Source: a virus
Taxonomy: Duplodnaviria; Caudoviricetes
IMG/VR virus record: IMGVR_UViG_3300005286_000044
Location: 1-38,339 of that record
DNA length: 38,339 nucleotides
Reading direction: 5' to 3' (one strand)
The first letter of the stretch is position 1. Every line of letters starts with the position of its first letter. Position numbers and translations under genes: made by a program. Below the pieces are notes generated by a model, which saw only the letters and a program-made list of their open reading frames with translations, was not told the DNA's origin and did no database searches. This document shows positions 36,017 to 38,339 of the stretch, in pieces.

Positions 36017-36564
36017 TGGCGGACCCGGTTTTCATCCCCCGCCCGACGACGCCTGAAGGCTTCAGCCAGGTCCTCCGCGAGTTGCATGTCTACCTGCCGC
36101 TCGTGCCGAGCTCCGAGCAGGTCGGTGACCTTCTCGATGCCTCGGGCCGCCACGTCCTGACGATCGACATCCACCGCCAGCGGTCCGACGAAAATGTCCA
36201 TCGCATCGCCGCCTGTCTCTGCACGGCGATCAACGCCGCCGGCGCTCCTCGGGAAGACCTCACGGCGCTCCGCGATCGCGTGGAGCGCACCCGGCGGGAG
36301 GCACTGCTCGCCCGCGCCGACGAGCTCGACCGGCGGCTCCAGGCGCTGCCCGCTTTCGAGTGGAGCAATCGCTCGGCCTACGACCACGCGCTCGCCGAGC
36401 TGGTCGCGCTGCTCGAAGCCCTGCCCGTCTCGCCCGCGATCATCGCCCGCAGCGGTGATCTGACAGCCGTGACGATGTACCGGCTGCGCGCGACCTCGTC
36501 GATGGGGGTCATTGGCGCCCTCCGCAATTGGGTGCGGCAGGCCCGTGCGAAAGGCGGTGCGTGA
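36016..36564 (+). CDS. Phage hypothetical protein
   Basis: TGATG-coupled ORF. Confidence 0.65.
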   Translation: MADPVFIPRPTTPEGFSQVLRELHVYLPLVPSSEQVGDLLDASGRHVLTIDIHRQRSDENVHRIAACLCTAINAAGAPREDLTALRDRVERTRREALLARADELDRRLQALPAFEWSNRSAYDHALAELVALLEALPVSPAIIARSGDLTAVTMYRLRATSSMGVIGALRNWVRQARAKGGA

Positions 36565-36980
36565 TGAAGGACTACACCGACGAGCTCTACCAGGAAGAAG
36601 CCAGAGTTGAGGCCATATACCCTCTCGCTCTGATGGGCGATCCGGAACGCATCCCCGCGTGGCTCGAGGATTTCGTGGATTACCACGATGAGCCATCGCG
36701 ACCGATCTTCGAAGCGCTTCCGGAGCTGGTCGCGCTGATCGACGTGCAGGATCCTCACCTGTGGGCAGAGGCACTCCAACGCTGCACCCGGAGAGGCTTG
36801 ATCATCCGGTACGAAGTTATGATCCGCGCTTATCGTGGCGCCTCGGGAGCCTATTTCAGCGGCTGGGGACGTGTCCGATACGGCTACCTCTACGCCGAGG
36901 AGATCGATGACGTTGGGCCGGCGGTGCTGGCGGTCGCGAGGCGGCAGCACGATCAAGAGCGTCTCAAGGGTGCGTCATGA
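36564..36980 (+). CDS. Phage hypothetical protein
   Basis: TGATG-coupled ORF MKDYTDELYQ. Confidence 0.6.
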   Translation: MKDYTDELYQEEARVEAIYPLALMGDPERIPAWLEDFVDYHDEPSRPIFEALPELVALIDVQDPHLWAEALQRCTRRGLIIRYEVMIRAYRGASGAYFSGWGRVRYGYLYAEEIDDVGPAVLAVARRQHDQERLKGAS

Positions 36981-37321
36981 GCCGCCGCGGCCGCAAAGCC
37001 ACCGGGCCGATCGAGATCATGGCCCGTGTCCACTGGCTCGAAGACCAGCTCGCGATGCTGTCGCCAGCCGAGGCCGATCCGATCTCGGACCCTGCCGGAT
37101 GGCGGGCCGAGAAGCGGGCTTTTCTCGACGGCGTCGAGATGATCCGGCTCTCCCTCGAGACGCGGGAGCCGGCCGGCCGCTTCGGCGAGATCGGCGGGGC
37201 GGAGACGCTCACCATGATGGGCATCCGTGCTCAGTCACGGATCGGCGGCGCCGACGTGATGCGGCGCTGGATCGTCAAGGCGCGCCAGGAGGCCACCCGG
37301 CCGGCGCGGAAGGCGGCGTGA
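36977..37321 (+). CDS. Phage hypothetical protein
   Basis: ATGA-coupled ORF. Confidence 0.6.
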   Translation: MSRRGRKATGPIEIMARVHWLEDQLAMLSPAEADPISDPAGWRAEKRAFLDGVEMIRLSLETREPAGRFGEIGGAETLTMMGIRAQSRIGGADVMRRWIVKARQEATRPARKAA

Positions 37322-37322
37322 C

Positions 37323-37514
37323 ATGCGCGCCGGGCGGGACGAGCGGCAGCCCGATCTCTTCGCCTGGCGCGCCGTCGCCGAGATCTACGCGGAGCGTCGG
37401 GAGCTGATCCAGCGCATCGCATCCCACAAGCCGAATTCGCATCGACGCGTGGAGCTGCTTGCCCGGCTGCAAGCGCTGACCGTCGAGCAGCTCAAGAGAG
37501 AGGACGACCAATGA
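37323..37514 (+). CDS. Phage hypothetical protein
   Basis: Short ORF filling the gap in the operon chain. Confidence 0.55.
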   Translation: MRAGRDERQPDLFAWRAVAEIYAERRELIQRIASHKPNSHRRVELLARLQALTVEQLKREDDQ

Positions 37515-37720
37515 CCGATTTTGCCACCGCATCCGTCCGCGAGCGCCAATGGCTCCTCGAGGAGGCACTCTGCAAGGCGCTGCACCATGCCGACTGCCCG
37601 GTCCAGCACGACGACGGCGAGGCCTACCTGATGGGCCCTCGCGATCCGGAGGACGGCAGCCGCGTCAGCCTTTTCCGGATCTCCGACGTCGCCCGCGAGG
37701 TGGAAAGGATGCTGTCGTGA
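37511..37720 (+). CDS. Phage hypothetical protein
   Basis: ATGA-coupled; RBS GAGGA. Confidence 0.6.
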   Translation: MTDFATASVRERQWLLEEALCKALHHADCPVQHDDGEAYLMGPRDPEDGSRVSLFRISDVAREVERMLS

Positions 37721-38151
37721 TCCCGCTGGCCTCGTCCTCACCCGACGTCGACTATTTCGACGTCGATGCCGCATCCCGCGCCGAGCTGATCGCCCATATC
37801 GACGCGCTGGAGGCGCGGCTCGAAGCCCTCCTCGGCGGCGGGCCTGCACACGCCGCGGCGCGGCTCATGCTGCGCTATCGGCTGACGGCGGGCGAAGCCA
37901 TGGTGCTGCTCGCACTCGCCGACGGCAAGGCCCGATCGCGGGCGCGCATCCATGCCTTTGTTTACGCGGACCGGGCCGACGATGCACCGGATGTGAATAT
38001 CATCAGCGTCTGGACGAACAGCTTGCGCCGCAAGCTCGTCGGGACGGGTGTCCTCGTGAAGACCGTGTGGGGCCGAGGGCTGTGCCTCGCCGAGGGCGTC
38101 GACATCGTCCGTGCCGTCATTGACGGCAGCGCGCGGGGTGGCCGGCCATGA
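37717..38151 (+). CDS. OmpR/PhoB-type winged-helix protein (CtrA-like DNA-binding domain, no receiver domain)
   Basis: LTAGEAMVLLAL...VY...PDVNIISVWTNSLRRKL....VKTVWGRG. Confidence 0.8.
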   Translation: MIPLASSSPDVDYFDVDAASRAELIAHIDALEARLEALLGGGPAHAAARLMLRYRLTAGEAMVLLALADGKARSRARIHAFVYADRADDAPDVNIISVWTNSLRRKLVGTGVLVKTVWGRGLCLAEGVDIVRAVIDGSARGGRP

Positions 38152-38339
38152 GCGCGATCCGCCTTATTAATATCGGCACAAAGCAGCTCGGCATCGACAT
38201 CGAGGACGCGCGCGACCTCTACGAGGCGCAGACGGGCGTGCGCTCGCTCAGGGCGATGACACCGGCGCAGCGCGAGGCGGTGCTCGGCGAGCTCAAGCGG
38301 CTCGGCTTCAAGCCGCATTCGAGCGGGGCTCGAAGGCGG
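38148..38339 (+). CDS. gemA: GemA/gp16 (DUF1018)-like protein, 3' truncated
   Basis: MSAIRLINIGTKQLGIDIEDARDLYEAQTGVRSLRAMTPAQREAVLGELKRLGF. Confidence 0.8.
   Translation, partial: MSAIRLINIGTKQLGIDIEDARDLYEAQTGVRSLRAMTPAQREAVLGELKRLGFKPHSSGARRR

Larger units (their letters stand above)
26814..38339 (+). mobile_element. Mu-like transposable prophage, left end and early operon (continues beyond the window)
   Basis: c/ner divergent switch, DDE transposase, MuB-like ATPase, DUF3164 and gemA; candidate terminal TG at 26814. Confidence 0.9.

Overview
This GC-rich window, probably alphaproteobacterial (GTTC-N7-GTTC SOS box, CtrA-like domain), consists entirely of three abutting mobile elements. 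(1) ~1-13195 is the end of a temperate prophage. It carries tail genes, a holin-like/endolysin/spanin lysis cassette and an SGNH esterase, then a moron block and a large serine integrase whose last codons read antisense through the 3' half of a tRNA(CAT). The moron block holds divergent type I Thoeris thsB/thsA, a DNA amino-methyltransferase converging on a small-protein + 842-aa GHKL-ATPase operon, a predicted ~265-nt rod-shaped RNA with a tRNA-like end, and an SOS-boxed Cys-rich gene. (2) ~13242-26813 is a satellite/IME-like island with a tyrosine integrase, AlpA, primase, helicase and iteron-like origin. Its cargo is nuclease/defence-like (HEPN, HsdR-N + SeqA-like, PD-(D/E)xK, IrrE + DUF4411). 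(3) ~26814 to the end is the left end and early region of a Mu-like transposable prophage (c, ner, ParB, MuA, MuB, DUF3164, CtrA-like wHTH, gemA). The most novel-looking items are the structured RNA at 10266-10530 and the neighbouring small protein/GHKL/methyltransferase module. All family calls come from motif recognition by eye; no searches were run.
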